Source: Nitrososphaeria archaeon (GTDB lineage Archaea; Thermoproteota; Nitrososphaeria; JACIWG01). Taken from it: a DNA stretch of 64,000 nt. Position 1 is the stretch's first letter, and every line of letters starts with the position of its first letter. The notes below the pieces were generated by a model. That model made no database searches. It saw nothing but the letters and a program-made list of their open reading frames with translations, and was not told where the DNA came from. This document shows, piece by piece, positions 1 to 11,353 of this stretch. Position numbers and translations under genes: made by a program. The stretch lies in NCBI GenBank assembly GCA_963752255.1, contig CAVVXT010000003.1, positions 64,001-128,000 on the forward strand, in the 5' to 3' direction.

Positions 1-296
1 TTCGAATGTATATTTCTGAATATAAAGAACTCGACAAGATTAAAGGGGATACGGTTGCAACGATAACCGTTCTATATGAAAAGATAGAAAAAAATGCAGA
101 ATTATTCCGACTGCAACATGAATTTAGTGATATGATCACAGCATACCTGCATTCGCATTTAACAGAGATGAGCTGCCTTGAGGTTATGGTTATAAAAGGC
201 TCCTCTACGCGTTTAAAGAGTCTTGTAGACGGTCTCAAAGCGAATAAACGCGTGAAAAAGATAAAAATTTCTATAATGACAACAGGCGAATGTTAG
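1..296 (+). CDS. nikR: Nickel-responsive regulator NikR family (5'-partial; RHH domain lies outside the window)
   Basis: C-terminal metal-binding domain with QHEF...LHSHL...CLEV (His/His/His/Cys ligands); the frame is open to the window edge. Confidence 0.8.
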   Translation, partial: RMYISEYKELDKIKGDTVATITVLYEKIEKNAELFRLQHEFSDMITAYLHSHLTEMSCLEVMVIKGSSTRLKSLVDGLKANKRVKKIKISIMTTGEC

Positions 297-339
297 GTAT
301 GCTTAATTAAATTCAAGTTCACAACCATTAAGGGAGAAA

Positions 340-627
340 GTGGAAGATGAGCTTCACCTGCCTTCCGATTCAAACATCTGCCTGAACTGTATCTTTTTTA
401 AGAAGGATTCAAGGTTCTGCACAAAGGGAGAGCTTGAGTCTTACCGAGCTTTTACAAAGATGGGTTGTCAATTCCACTCCCAAGGATCGTATATGATCCG
501 CATCAGTCGACGATTCTACGATAAAACCGTTAAAGCAAGGAGAGAGCAATATCTTATAACGAAAACAGTTTCAATGTTTAAAGCTCAAAATATAGTTAAA
601 ATTTTGCAAGACGGTAAAGAAGGGTAA
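340..627 (+). CDS. Hypothetical small Cys-rich protein
   Basis: 95-aa ORF with CLNC...C...CQFH, preceded by GGAG; no family recognised. Confidence 0.4.
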   Translation: MEDELHLPSDSNICLNCIFFKKDSRFCTKGELESYRAFTKMGCQFHSQGSYMIRISRRFYDKTVKARREQYLITKTVSMFKAQNIVKILQDGKEG

Positions 628-969
628 TTTCTTATATAGATAGCAGTGGGTAAATGTTCAAAAGATGGAAGGAAATGGGGTTAACCTCAAAATGCGTTAA
701 GCAAAATGCTATCACAGTCAACATTCTTTCTAGCTATTAACCTACACCAAATCTTATAGAGATTAAATTTTCAGATCTTGAGATTTAATATCCTCTATTT
801 TTTATTTCTTATAGCTTTTTTCATTTTATTTAGGTCGGCGAGCGTACGATTTATAAAAAATTCTGAAAAATCCGAAAAGTTTAAACTATCTCGAGTTCAA
901 TTTAATTTTTTGATGGCTGAAGACGCTGGAAGGACTTTAGTTAGCACGGCAAAAAAGGATTGATCCAAG

Positions 970-1140
970 ATGAAGAGAATGGTCGAACCAAGAAAAAACT
1001 ACCTGCAAAGATTTAACCGTCTGCTTGCAGTGCCGACGTTGGTTTTGTTCATAATCTTAACTATATCAGGATATGGCATAACTAACCTGAATACGGTAAC
1101 TAATTGTGCTGATGCAGTACATGGTGGTGTGAGAAGTTGA
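970..1140 (+). CDS. Small single-TM membrane protein, possibly a truncated cytochrome b-like partner
   Basis: 56-aa ORF below the track cutoff (MKRMVEPRKNYLQRFNRLLAVPTLVLFIILTISGYGIT...); its TGA overlaps the TTG start of the next gene. Confidence 0.35.
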   Translation: MKRMVEPRKNYLQRFNRLLAVPTLVLFIILTISGYGITNLNTVTNCADAVHGGVRS

Positions 1141-2424
1141 AGAATTGCAAAGCGATTGTCTTCGCAGGTTTTATAGTGATGTCTCCCCTGTTAACCTTCA
1201 TGCCAACAATGAAGCAGGCTGATGCCCAGACAGACATTGTATTACGAATTTACGGTGCCGTAAACAACCCTTTGAACCTCACGTACGATCAGCTGCTTTC
1301 TTTTCCCATGGTTTCAGAGGTGGCAAGGCTAAAGTGTGTTGCAGGATATCCTGACGTCACATACAACTGGACTGGAATACCGCTTTTTTATCTATTGACC
1401 TTAGCTCAGATTAAGCCTGACGCCGACAAGGTCGTAGCGATAAGTGGTTTAGACGGCTTTTCTTCGGACCTCCCTGTCGAATACGCTTTGGAACCTACGA
1501 CGATACTGGCGCTAGAAGCAAATGGAACGAACTTGCCCACGATACCGGACAGCCAAACCGGGCTCAATAGGCTAGTTGTCCCAGGAATGTATGGCTTCAA
1601 ATGGGTCAGTGGGGTCGACGAGATAAATGTAACGACGAATAATGTTCTAGGACTCTATGAGAGCAAGGGCTACTCCGATGAAGCCTTTGTGCCTAACTAT
1701 GGGCCCATATATGCGTTGGCTCCCCCGCTGCAAACGTTCAATGTAACTTACTCAAACAGAACGTTCGAAGTTGATTCATTCACAAATGCTTCAATGACAA
1801 ACGTCGTCTTTGACCCTTCCCAGAAAAAAATGAACGTGAACATGACCGTTTTTCAATGGAACATCGAGTTTTGTGGACTTCATATTAGAGCAAGGCTTTT
1901 TAAAAGGACCATACAACGTCACGATAGACGAAAAACCAACAAGCGCGATTGAAGCTGACACAAACGGGACTTCATACCTCTACATAACTCTTGCCGAAGG
2001 CTTTCACACTGTAAGCATATCAGGTATAGTGTTATTGTATCCTGAAATAACACTGTACTACCAGGCATCAACATATGTTGGAAAGAGCGTAACATTTGAT
2101 GCAAGCAAATCTGTAGACATAGGAAAAATAGTCTCTTACGGTTGGAGCTTCGGCGACGGCTCAATCACAAACGGAACCACAGCGGCAGTGGTGTCGCATT
2201 CTTATGAAAAACAAGGAACGTACCAAGTGGAACTCGAAGTAACAAACAATGAAGGTCTAAGTAGTTTCAAGACGGTTACGATAACCGTTACAGTCCCGCC
2301 TGGGAACATTTTCTTCATCCTCATAGTCATTTTAGCGGCCATTCTAATATTAATCATCTTGATATTAGCCTATCTTCTAGTGACCAGAAGAAAGGACACA
2401 ATAGGCCGCAAATTAGCTCAATAG
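1137..2424 (+). CDS. Secreted molybdopterin oxidoreductase (sulfite oxidase/MsrP-like) with PKD domain and C-terminal membrane anchor; frameshift near 1850
   Basis: Signal peptide, LKCVAG Mo-ligand Cys, WTGIPL, RLVVPGMYGFKWV; the second ORF has PKD motifs (FDASKS, YGWSFGDG, HSY...GTYQV) and a TM tail; removing one T from the T5 run at ~1848-1852 joins both ORFs. Confidence 0.75.
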
Positions 2425-3182
2425 TTAAGAATTTGCCGATTTTACCTAACTTTTTGCTATTTAACCTATTTAGTAGTCAATATAGTGGTAATAGTAATAA
2501 TAATAATTTGTACAATTTATGATAATAATAATTAATAATAATAATTTAAACTTTTTATCATTTACCACTTTTCCCATGCTAAAATGGATGTTTTTCGGGC
2601 TATTTTGCTGGTTTAAACCCTTATTTGGTCTAGACCAAATATCGTAAGTAGAACACACATTTATAATTTAGAGAGCAAAATTAAGGAAATCAATGGATGA
2701 TCCATTGTTACAAGTTATTTTTTATACCAAATATTTTCTCCTAAATCTATTTTATACAAATAAAGAAGATATGTTCGGAATTGAAGACTAAAACCATATT
2801 TTTTAACCTTTAGACGGCTGCTTGCACGCCAAGAACTTTTTAAATTTTGGAGAGGAAGCTTTTAATATTTTTTAGTAAAAGGTATTCCTAAATGTAACAT
2901 GCTTTAAGAGACAGAATAATTGAATTGCTTTTCTCCAGAATTGTCTATCCATTATTATTCTTGATCAGACATAAAAAGATATAGATCAAACATAAGTATA
3001 TGTAGACAAAGATATAATGTTGGTAGCACGATAAATAGGAAGCTTTGCCCTTAAGTTTTTACTACTTGAGCAGCAATATATCTTTGAAGTAAGATGAGGA
3101 AGGTAAACGTACACCCGCAATAGATAAAATAGTTTATTTGCTCTGCAATTTTTGTTAAGATACTTTATATAGATTGCTGAAG

Positions 3183-3446
3183 TTAAGTTCTCATCCACTC
3201 TAACCCCAGGCTTCTTTCATCAATGATCATCATTGTTAATGTCGACTTGACATTTTCTATCTTTCTTATTTTTCCTGTTATAATTTCATCAAGCTTCTCA
3301 ATTGTGTCTGCTTGAACCCTTGCAGCGATATCATAGGCGCCATAAACTGCGAAAGCTTCAACAACACCTTCAATCTTCCTAATCGCCTTTAGTACATCCA
3401 CCTCAGAACTCATTTCCACATTTATTAAAACAAGGGCCCCTGCCAT
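3183..3446 (-). CDS. Stand-alone Lrp/AsnC ligand-binding (RAM) domain protein
   Basis: ALVLIN...EAFAVYGAYDIAARV...IRKIENVKSTLTM. Confidence 0.85.
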   Translation of the reverse strand: MAGALVLINVEMSSEVDVLKAIRKIEGVVEAFAVYGAYDIAARVQADTIEKLDEIITGKIRKIENVKSTLTMMIIDERSLGLEWMRT

Positions 3447-3589
3447 TTCTATTTCACAGTCATAATACGATATGCGCTTCAGTATTTATCTTTTTGGTAA
3501 TCCATGTTTTTCAACACAAAGGAAAAGGTCAAGAATCGCAGAAATTATCGGAAAGTTCAAAAATGAAGAAATCGATAAAATCAATCTTG

Positions 3590-4093
3590 TTATTTCTTAA
3601 TGTATAGAAATAAATTGTTTACGTATTTCTCGTATTGCCATCCTTCGATCTCCCACCAATATGAAACTACCCTTGCTCCTGCCTTGAGTTCGCCTTCTAA
3701 CTTCTTCCCAATGTTATTATTGATTCTACCCTTATATTGGAATATGAATACTACGGTGGCGTCGCTTAAGTTGGCTTTAAAGAAGTTTCCAAGTATTATT
3801 TTGGCTTTTCTTGCATTCAGTTTACTTATGAAGTATTTGATTGGCTCTATTTCTATCCCCGTCACGTTGTCGCATATTTTGGATGCTTCAGCTAGTATGT
3901 GCCCAAACCCAGAACCAAGATCGTAAAAGACATCGTCCTTCTTTAATTCACATAGTTCTAAGGCTTGTTTTACTGTCTTAGAAGGTGCAGGGGTCCATAA
4001 TGACCCACCATGAACCCAGGGCCACACGAACCATAGAAAAAGAAAGATAATTAGCACGATAGCGTATATAATGGTAACAATTTCAGATATCAA
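3590..4093 (-). CDS. Membrane-anchored class I SAM-dependent methyltransferase
   Basis: N-terminal TM helix, WTPAP, YDLGSGFG motif I, GIEIEP, RVVSY. Confidence 0.8.
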   Translation of the reverse strand: MISEIVTIIYAIVLIIFLFLWFVWPWVHGGSLWTPAPSKTVKQALELCELKKDDVFYDLGSGFGHILAEASKICDNVTGIEIEPIKYFISKLNARKAKIILGNFFKANLSDATVVFIFQYKGRINNNIGKKLEGELKAGARVVSYWWEIEGWQYEKYVNNLFLYIKK

Positions 4094-4303
4094 TCTCTTT
4101 CACCTTATCCATTTATAATACCTATATAGGATTAAGAATTAGTCTAAGAAATAGGGTTGAAGTGTTAGAAAAGGAGATTTCTAAGGTTTCAGAAATAGAG
4201 AAAATAGTTAAAGAACTTCAACAGAAAAGGCTAGGGATTAACTAACTAAAAAATCCTATGAGTTATAATATATCAAAAAAAATATTGGGAAGGTGTGTCT
4301 TGG

Positions 4304-4570
4304 TTATTCTACGAGTTTTCTGGCTTCTTCAGCTGGTACTGCGACGAGTGTCTCAGTTGTGATGTGTCCTCCGCTTGCCATCGCGACTTTCATAGCTGCT
4401 TTTTCATTAGGCGCTTCAATTATGTTGACTGCGTCGTATCTGCCTAGTGTATAATATATTCCAAGAAACTTCACTCCTTCTTTCTTTACTTTTTCAATAA
4501 GCTTCTTGTTTTCAGCAATCATTTCCTTTGTTGGCTTCTGCCTCCACTTAATTAAACTGATAAAGATCAT
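4304..4570 (-). CDS. GYD domain protein
   Basis: YYTLGRYDAVNIIEAP...TETL. Confidence 0.85.
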   Translation of the reverse strand: MIFISLIKWRQKPTKEMIAENKKLIEKVKKEGVKFLGIYYTLGRYDAVNIIEAPNEKAAMKVAMASGGHITTETLVAVPAEEARKLVE

Positions 4571-4697
4571 TTTATCACTTAAGTGTTAGAAAGAGCCTTC
4601 TTCCTTATAAGAGTATTTAACCTTCACAAATAGCCACACTCTATCTTATTTTTTAATGTCATATAGGTTTGACATATATTTTTTCTATCGCAAAAGG

Positions 4698-4979
4698 CTA
4701 GTGATGAACTGGCAATGTTGAATCTTGAACAAATATTTCATTAGCAAAATAGGTATGATAAGGTTCTACTTGAATATTATAAACATCTTCAAGTTCACAT
4801 TCTTCTATTTTTGCAATTCGTTTAAGGTAATCCTTTACACTTTCTGTTTGAACCTGATAATCTACTTTTAATTCACCTGCTTTTATCCAAAGTATTCTTT
4901 GCCTTCTTGAATAATCATCTTTTACTATACCATAAACTGGGTGCTCTTTTGTCAATAGACTCAACAAAATTTTAAACAT
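4698..4979 (-). pseudogene. Orphan Hint (intein/BIL-like) domain fragment
   Basis: LTKEHPVY (block B TxxH), WIKAGELKV, VYNIQVEPYHTYFANEIFVQD (block F/G-like); no N-terminal block A. Confidence 0.55.
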
Positions 4980-5004
4980 ACGTTAATCTAACATCTGATC
5001 AGTA

Positions 5005-5640
5005 CTAAATGCTATAATTTAGTTCGTTATAGAGTTCTTCTAGGAAAACTAACATAAAGTTATGCCTTTTTTCCCCTATTTCTTTCGCGGCTTTTGTATT
5101 AAGGCTGTCCTTAACTTTTAGAAGTTTCTCTTTAAAGTGTGTGGTAGTGGATTTGACCTTAAATGGGTTATAATCTTCAACCTTTTCAAACGGGTTATAA
5201 ATTGGTGCTCCTCTTGCACCACCGTAGGCAAATGCTCTCGCCACCCCTATCGCACCGAGTGAATCCAATCTATCGGCGTCCTGAAGTATTTTTGCTTCTA
5301 GACTCCCTGGTTGAAGCTTTTTACTGTATCTGTGATATCTTATGGACTCTACAACTTTATCGATTTTATCAGAATAAAATCCTATGCCTTTTAGGAATAT
5401 GCTAGCCATATTTGCGCCTGTTTCAGCATGGTCAACCCCCTCATTTATCTCATGTGAAATTCCAATATCGTGGAGAAATGCCGCGGCTTCTATTACATCC
5501 ATGTCTGCCCCTTCAATTTTTCCTATGTATGCAGCTATTTTGAACACCCTCTCAACATGATACCAATCGTGTCCGGTTGAATCTGCTATGCATAAAGATT
5601 TTGCATATTCAATGATTTTTTCTTCAAGAGTTTTATCCAT
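5005..5640 (-). CDS. HD-domain metal-dependent phosphohydrolase
   Basis: GHDWYHVERV, LHDIG, QDADRLDSLGAIGVARAF. Confidence 0.9.
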   Translation of the reverse strand: MDKTLEEKIIEYAKSLCIADSTGHDWYHVERVFKIAAYIGKIEGADMDVIEAAAFLHDIGISHEINEGVDHAETGANMASIFLKGIGFYSDKIDKVVESIRYHRYSKKLQPGSLEAKILQDADRLDSLGAIGVARAFAYGGARGAPIYNPFEKVEDYNPFKVKSTTTHFKEKLLKVKDSLNTKAAKEIGEKRHNFMLVFLEELYNELNYSI

Positions 5641-5777
5641 CGCGATTGTTGCAACATGTCAAATATTATAATTTATTGATGATCGCGTAAAGTTATCGAT
5701 TTTTATTGTGATGCTATAATTCTGTTTTGCAGCATTAACTTTTTATATCATTACCTGACGCCTATTCTTGAGGGCTA

Positions 5778-6059
5778 ATGGTTTCAGTGAAAGTATTGTT
5801 TTTCGCAGTCTTTAGAGAGAAATATGGCTTAAAAGAGACAAATCTCGAGTTTGATGGTACATTGGAAGGTTTTTTAACGGCATTAGCTCTTAAGGTTAAC
5901 AAAGCAATTGTCGAAGACATCTTTGACTCTGGGACTAAACAAATCAGAAGCAACTTGATTATAATGATAAACGGAAGAAATGTGAGGGATATAAAAGGAG
6001 AAATAAAGTTTAATGACAACGATGTTGTAGCAATTTTTCCTCCGATCGGTGGAGGCTAG
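5778..6059 (+). CDS. MoaD/ThiS-family ubiquitin-like sulfur carrier (SAMP-like)
   Basis: VKVLFFAVFRE, ING, C-terminal FPPIGGG. Confidence 0.9.
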   Translation: MVSVKVLFFAVFREKYGLKETNLEFDGTLEGFLTALALKVNKAIVEDIFDSGTKQIRSNLIIMINGRNVRDIKGEIKFNDNDVVAIFPPIGGG

Positions 6060-6223
6060 CTCAAAGTTGTATTTTATATTTCTATTTTTTTCTTATCTTA
6101 ACGTTTTTTTACACGTTGTTAGTTTTACTAGGTTAATTTAAAGCCTTAATATATCTATAATTAAGGTTTATTCGAGGGGAATGATGCAGGGACTTCTTTT
6201 ATTATTGTGGAGGTAGATTTAGA

Positions 6224-7869
6224 TTGTGGAAGATATTGTCCACGTTTTCCACTATCCTATCTAACTTATCCAAAAAGAAGGTCTTGCGCTCTTCTTTCGG
6301 TTTCTTCTCCGTTGCCTTCTTTCTTTTTTTTGTGATCATTCCGTCAATTTATGTAGTGACCTACGTCCCATTAAATTGGCATGCTATAAGCCTAACGATA
6401 TTCTCTAATCCTGAAAATACAAAGGAGGTTATTGACAGTTTGGAGGTTAGCATTGTTCTTGCCTTACTTGTTGCCTCAATTGACATCATAATAGGTATTC
6501 CTCTTGCTTTTTACCTTGTAAGAGGGAAGGGACGGGTTCCACAAATAATGAATACAATAATAGAGATTCCAATTATAACGCCGACATCAGCTTTGGGTCT
6601 CTCCGTTGCTCTATTCTGGCCCGCTATAGCTGAAGGTTCCATCTCCCCTTTTATAATACTGATGTTGTTACACATTGCGTTTACTATTCCATATATGGTA
6701 AGAAGTGTCTCCGCAGCGTTAACTGACTTTGATATCTCATATGAGATGGCTTCAAAAACATTGGGTGCCCGTTCATTTACAGCGATAAGAACCATTACTC
6801 TACCTCTTGTAAAAGCTGGGATTTTGACTGGAACTATCCTTTCAATAGCTAGAAGTCTTAGTGAGACTGGCGCTACAACTATAGCGTTGACTATAATCAA
6901 TGCCTTAGGAAAGGTAAACACAGCACCTACATTGATATATATTTGGCGATCGCTTTCAGTCAATGATCCTGCATATCTCTATGCAGGTGCTTTTGTCAGT
7001 CTTTTATTAATTCTATTGTCATTTGTGCTGTTTTTTAGCGTTAAATTCTTCATTAGAAGATTCAAGCTTCCGTTGACTAAAGTGTACCTTCCTTTAGAGA
7101 CAGAATTAAGTAAGAAGAAATGGGGTAACTCGAAAAATATCATTACATGCATATTTTTTGTACTAATAGCATTCATTCCGGCTATCTATTCAATGTTCTA
7201 TGGATTAGGAAACATTGGAATACTGGCTGAAAAGTTTACATTAATAGGTGACAGCATATTGTACTCTTTAATAGTTGCTTCAATAGTAACGATCATCGAC
7301 TTACTATTAAGCATTCCTCTCGCTCTCTTTTTACTAGAGGTAATAGTAGGTTAAAAAATATAGTGGACTATTTAGTCGAGATCCCCATAGTATTCCCGAC
7401 GATTGCTGTTGGAATATCTCTGAACCTATTCTGGGTAGGCCTTGTTTCAAAGTCAACAGGTTTTAATTTTAGTGCCCTTGTGCTAATAATTTTTGCCCAT
7501 GTTGCAATAACATTTTCCTTTACAGTTAGAACTGTCGCCGATGCGATGAATACATTAGATCAAAGCGTTGAAGAGGCGGCTAAGACGTTGGGGGCGACAC
7601 CTTTTAGCACTTTCTTTAAAGTCGTTTTCCCCCAGATAAAATCTTCCATATTCGCTGGTGCGATATTTGCTTTTACAAGAAGTCTTGACGAAACCGGTGC
7701 TACACTGGCTGTTGCCCCTGGAGCGATAACCGCTTCTGTATTAATAGTGAACCTTGTTAACCAGAATATGTTAGCTGAGGCAGGTGCAGCGGCTTTAATG
7801 CTAACTACTATATCTTACATTATTCTTTTAATTATTAGGAAAGCAGGTGGAAAACATGGTCAAAGTTGA
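6224..7869 (+). CDS. Double-domain ABC permease, molybdate/tungstate/sulfate type; frameshift near 7330
   Basis: Two BPD_transp_1 repeats (EIPIITPTSALG...EMASKTLGA; EIPIVFPTIAVG...EEAAKTLGA); adding one T to the T5 run at ~7328-7332 fuses ORFs 6224-7354 and 7363-7869. Confidence 0.8.
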
Positions 7870-8956
7870 ACTGTCTAAGATATCAAAGGCATTCAACGAT
7901 AACCAGGTGCTTGACAATATTAGGTTGACAATAGAAGATGGGGAATACTTCTGTCTAATAGGTCCATCTAGTGCAGGAAAAACCACAACCTTGAAGATTA
8001 TAGCAGGATTACATGTTCCTGATAGTGGCAAGGTTCTCTTTGATGGTAGGGATGTAACAAACATCGAAGCATGGGAACGTGGAGCCGTAATGATGTTCCA
8101 GAATCCAACACTCTTCACCAACATGAAGGTGCTTGAAAATATCCTCTTTCCTATGAGAGAGAAGGGAATGAACTATGTTAATTCCCTAAAGGTAGCAGAG
8201 GAGCTGCTAAGAAAGATACACATGGAAGACCGTGCCGATGCTTTTCCAAACGAGTTAAGTGGTGGAATGCAACAAAGAGTGGCTTTGGCAAGAGCCATGG
8301 CTTCTGGAACGAAGCTGCTATTACTTGATGAACCCTTGGGAGCTTTAGATGCAAGGCTGAGACTCGAACTAAGAGACGAACTTAGACAGTTTGCAAAGGA
8401 GAACGGTTTAACAGTCATACATGTGACTCAGGACCAAGATGAAGCTATGGCTGTAGCGGATAGAATTGCCCTGATAAAAGATGGAAAAATAACTCAAGTT
8501 GCTAAACCGTCTGAAATATATCTTCACCCATCTTCACCATTTGTGATGAATTTTATAGAGGGAACGAATTTTCTTGACGCTTATGTTGAAGATAAGAAGG
8601 ACAGCATCATGGATTTGGTTATTGAGAATACTTATCATAGGGTGAAGGCATATGGAAATTTTATGGTCGGAGAACGAGTTCTTGTCAGCCTTAGACCATC
8701 CGCGATTAAAATAATAAAGAGAAAAGGTGGTCAGCTTTTTACTCAAGTTCTACACAAAACTGTTATGGGTTCCTATGTAGTTGTGGATACAGCTCTCTTT
8801 GGCCCTAATAAGCCATTAACTGTAGAAACATCATTTAAGGAGGCAATGAAGTACGAAGAAAACGATGTTGTTTCTTTAAATATTGACATAGCGGACCTAA
8901 AAGTCTTCCGTTATCCTTTACTCGGTTTCATGAAGGAGGTTGAAGTATCGATTTGA
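7847..8956 (+). CDS. ABC transporter ATP-binding protein with C-terminal TOBE-like domain
   Basis: GPSSAGKTT, LSGGMQQRVALARA, LLLDEP. Confidence 0.9.
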   Translation: MENMVKVELSKISKAFNDNQVLDNIRLTIEDGEYFCLIGPSSAGKTTTLKIIAGLHVPDSGKVLFDGRDVTNIEAWERGAVMMFQNPTLFTNMKVLENILFPMREKGMNYVNSLKVAEELLRKIHMEDRADAFPNELSGGMQQRVALARAMASGTKLLLLDEPLGALDARLRLELRDELRQFAKENGLTVIHVTQDQDEAMAVADRIALIKDGKITQVAKPSEIYLHPSSPFVMNFIEGTNFLDAYVEDKKDSIMDLVIENTYHRVKAYGNFMVGERVLVSLRPSAIKIIKRKGGQLFTQVLHKTVMGSYVVVDTALFGPNKPLTVETSFKEAMKYEENDVVSLNIDIADLKVFRYPLLGFMKEVEVSI

Positions 8957-10039
8957 AGTTAAAAGTTGATGGCGTTACGAAAACGTTCGGAAAAATTGTT
9001 GCAGTAAATGATGTAAACCTTGATGTAAATGATGGAGAATATGTTGCAATTGTTGGCCCATCTGGTTGTGGAAAGAGCACCCTTTTGAAAATAGTAATGG
9101 GGATAATACATCAGGACAGAGGTAAAATAATAGTTGATGACAAAGACGTCAGCGATTTACCTCCGGAGAATCGAAATTTAGGTTTTGTTTTCCAAAACAT
9201 ACTTCTTTTCCCCAATATGACGGCATATCAGAACATCGCCTACAGCCCCATTGTTAAAGATTTTAATCCACTGCTGAGGAAACAGTTTGTAGAAGAAATG
9301 TTTGTATTTGGAAAAATAGATGCTTGGCGAGACTATCTTCCCGCTCAAATAAGCAGTAGGGGGATTCAGCAAAAAATCTCACTTGTCAGAGCTCTCGCAA
9401 CAGGTGCGAAGCTGTTGTTGCTTGATGAACCTTTATCTTCTCTGGACGCAAGAGTAAGAATTTCGCTCAGGTTAGAGGTCAGGAAAATTGTCAAACAACT
9501 GGGAATCACGGCAATTTATGTTACCCATGATCAGGAAGAAGCTATGGCAATAGCGGATAGAATAGTTGTAATGAAAAAGGGGTCCGTAGTTGAGATAGGA
9601 ACACCAGAAGAGGTATATATGCGGCCTAAAAACATTTTTACTGCCTTTTTTTTGGGGAAAGGTAACTTTATCCCGGCTAAGATCATCAGCCGGAAATATA
9701 AGTCAAGTATCGTAGCATCAGAGAAAATGGCTTTTGAAAGTGAATCCCATCTCAATCTAGGCGAAGAATGTTGTCGTATTCTTTAGACCAGAGAACGTTA
9801 TATTTGAAAGGAGAGGTTATAATGATTACACTGGAAAGATAGTTGAAAAGAGGTTTATTGGACGACATGTTGACTATATTATAGAGTCTAATGGTGTTAA
9901 AGTAAATTCACGATTACTTAGGATAGATGACCCATCGATGGAAGTTAACGATGTGATAGATTTCCACATAGAAAAAGAGGATATTATAGTCTACAAGTTT
10001 CCTGAGGAGGGACTAGATGCAGCTTTTAAGCTGGAATAG
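8953..10039 (+). CDS. Second ABC ATP-binding protein; frameshift near 9765
   Basis: GPSGCGKST, LLLDEP, degenerate signature ISSRGIQQK; an alternative frame continues VVVFFRPENVIF...KRFIGRHVDY...AFKLE* to 10039. Confidence 0.8.
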
Positions 10040-10252
10040 GAAGTTTGATAACAAATTTCATTATTTAAAAAATTTAATAAAAATGATATTTCAGCACAGT
10101 TAAGTGTTGTTTAAATCTTCAGTTTTAAGAAACAATTAGTCTTAAATTTAGTCGACTTAATACTAACAAAACTTTTATCTATATAATTTTAAACATTTTT
10201 TTGACAATCAAATAAGTTTATATAATAAATATGAAATATCAGTTAACATTGT

Positions 10253-10924
10253 ATGAGCGAAAGACTGCTTGATTGGCTTGCAAAGCGAAGGGAAATAAAT
10301 GTTGTAAAGATGATTCAGGATCATCTTAGTCTCTGTACGGAATGTGCCGAAGAAATTGCAAATGCAACTAAAAAGATGATTTTAGGGGACAGGGAAGGAG
10401 CAATGCTCAACATTCTTAGGTTAAATTCTAAAGAAAAAGAAGCAGACGTGTTAAGGGGTACGATAATGAATGAACTTTCAAAGGGTGAATTTTCTCCAAA
10501 TCAGAGAGACGATCTGATGCACCTTATTAAAAGAGTTGACATGGTCGCAGATTATGCACGCAGTGCTGGACGCAGCCTCACTCTACTGTCTATGGACAGG
10601 TATCCTGATAAGGTGAAAGAAATTTCTATAATATTTGTGGAAAAAACATTGGAAAATGTAGCTACGCTACGGAAGAGCGTGCAAAGCCTAACTGTTAATG
10701 TCACAGACGCAATGAAATTTGGTGATCAAGTTGAAAGAATAGAAGAGGAAGTTGATGAACTGCATGCCACCGCAAGAGGAATAATCAAAGATCTTCCCTC
10801 ATCAGTCATTACGACAGGAGAATTTATTGTTCTCTCTGAATTCTTTAACGCATTAGAGATGGTTAACGATTCATGCGAAGATTCGGTAGATTATTTGAGA
10901 CTAATTGTTGTGAAGTTGAAATAA
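10253..10924 (+). CDS. DUF47/PhoU-like phosphate transport regulator
   Basis: EKEADVLR, RDDLMHLIKRVDMVAD, IEEEVDEL, DSCED repeats. Confidence 0.85.
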   Translation: MSERLLDWLAKRREINVVKMIQDHLSLCTECAEEIANATKKMILGDREGAMLNILRLNSKEKEADVLRGTIMNELSKGEFSPNQRDDLMHLIKRVDMVADYARSAGRSLTLLSMDRYPDKVKEISIIFVEKTLENVATLRKSVQSLTVNVTDAMKFGDQVERIEEEVDELHATARGIIKDLPSSVITTGEFIVLSEFFNALEMVNDSCEDSVDYLRLIVVKLK

Positions 10925-11015
10925 ATCATTAACAAATTAGCAAAATATGATTCTGCTCAGAGATTAATGGTAATACCTGCCTAAGAGTCTGTCTTATGGT
11001 CACCTTCATTATAAA

Positions 11016-11153
11016 CCTTCGAAATCAGTTAAACTCATGCTCACAGCAGTCAAAAGCTTTCTCATAGAAAATAATGTTGAACTTTCAGATAGATTCTTGA
11101 AAAAACTAGGTAAGAGAGTGAAGGGATCAAGGACTCTAACTGAATGTGGATAA
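11016..11153 (+). pseudogene. Fragment resembling the N-terminal region of an archaeal tyrosine integrase
   Basis: Start-less frame PSKSVKLMLTAVKSFLIENNVELSDRFLKKLGKRVKGSRTLT; recognised from memory only. Confidence 0.4.
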
Positions 11154-11353
11154 GCGGAATTTAAATTAGGGATATTGCAGTTTGAGGGTGTTGAATCATA
11201 ATGTCTATATTTTATTTGCAGTTGTGGTGACAGTTCATGGGGATATTATGTTATGTCAAACTGTTGACCTAGTTACAGACAAGACGCAAACTTGATAGTA
11301 AAAAGAGTTTTAAACTGCCAAGATTTAGTGACTAGAAATGATTAAGGTATGCA

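Noticed and set aside
778-963. 61-aa ORF with a hydrophobic start
   Set aside because: AT-rich promoter-like DNA with no motif; likely spurious
2470-2658. TAA-rich low-complexity tract and its ORF (LLLLIIIII...YYYYYY)
   Set aside because: Imperfect trinucleotide microsatellite in AT-rich spacer DNA; not CRISPR and not a credible protein
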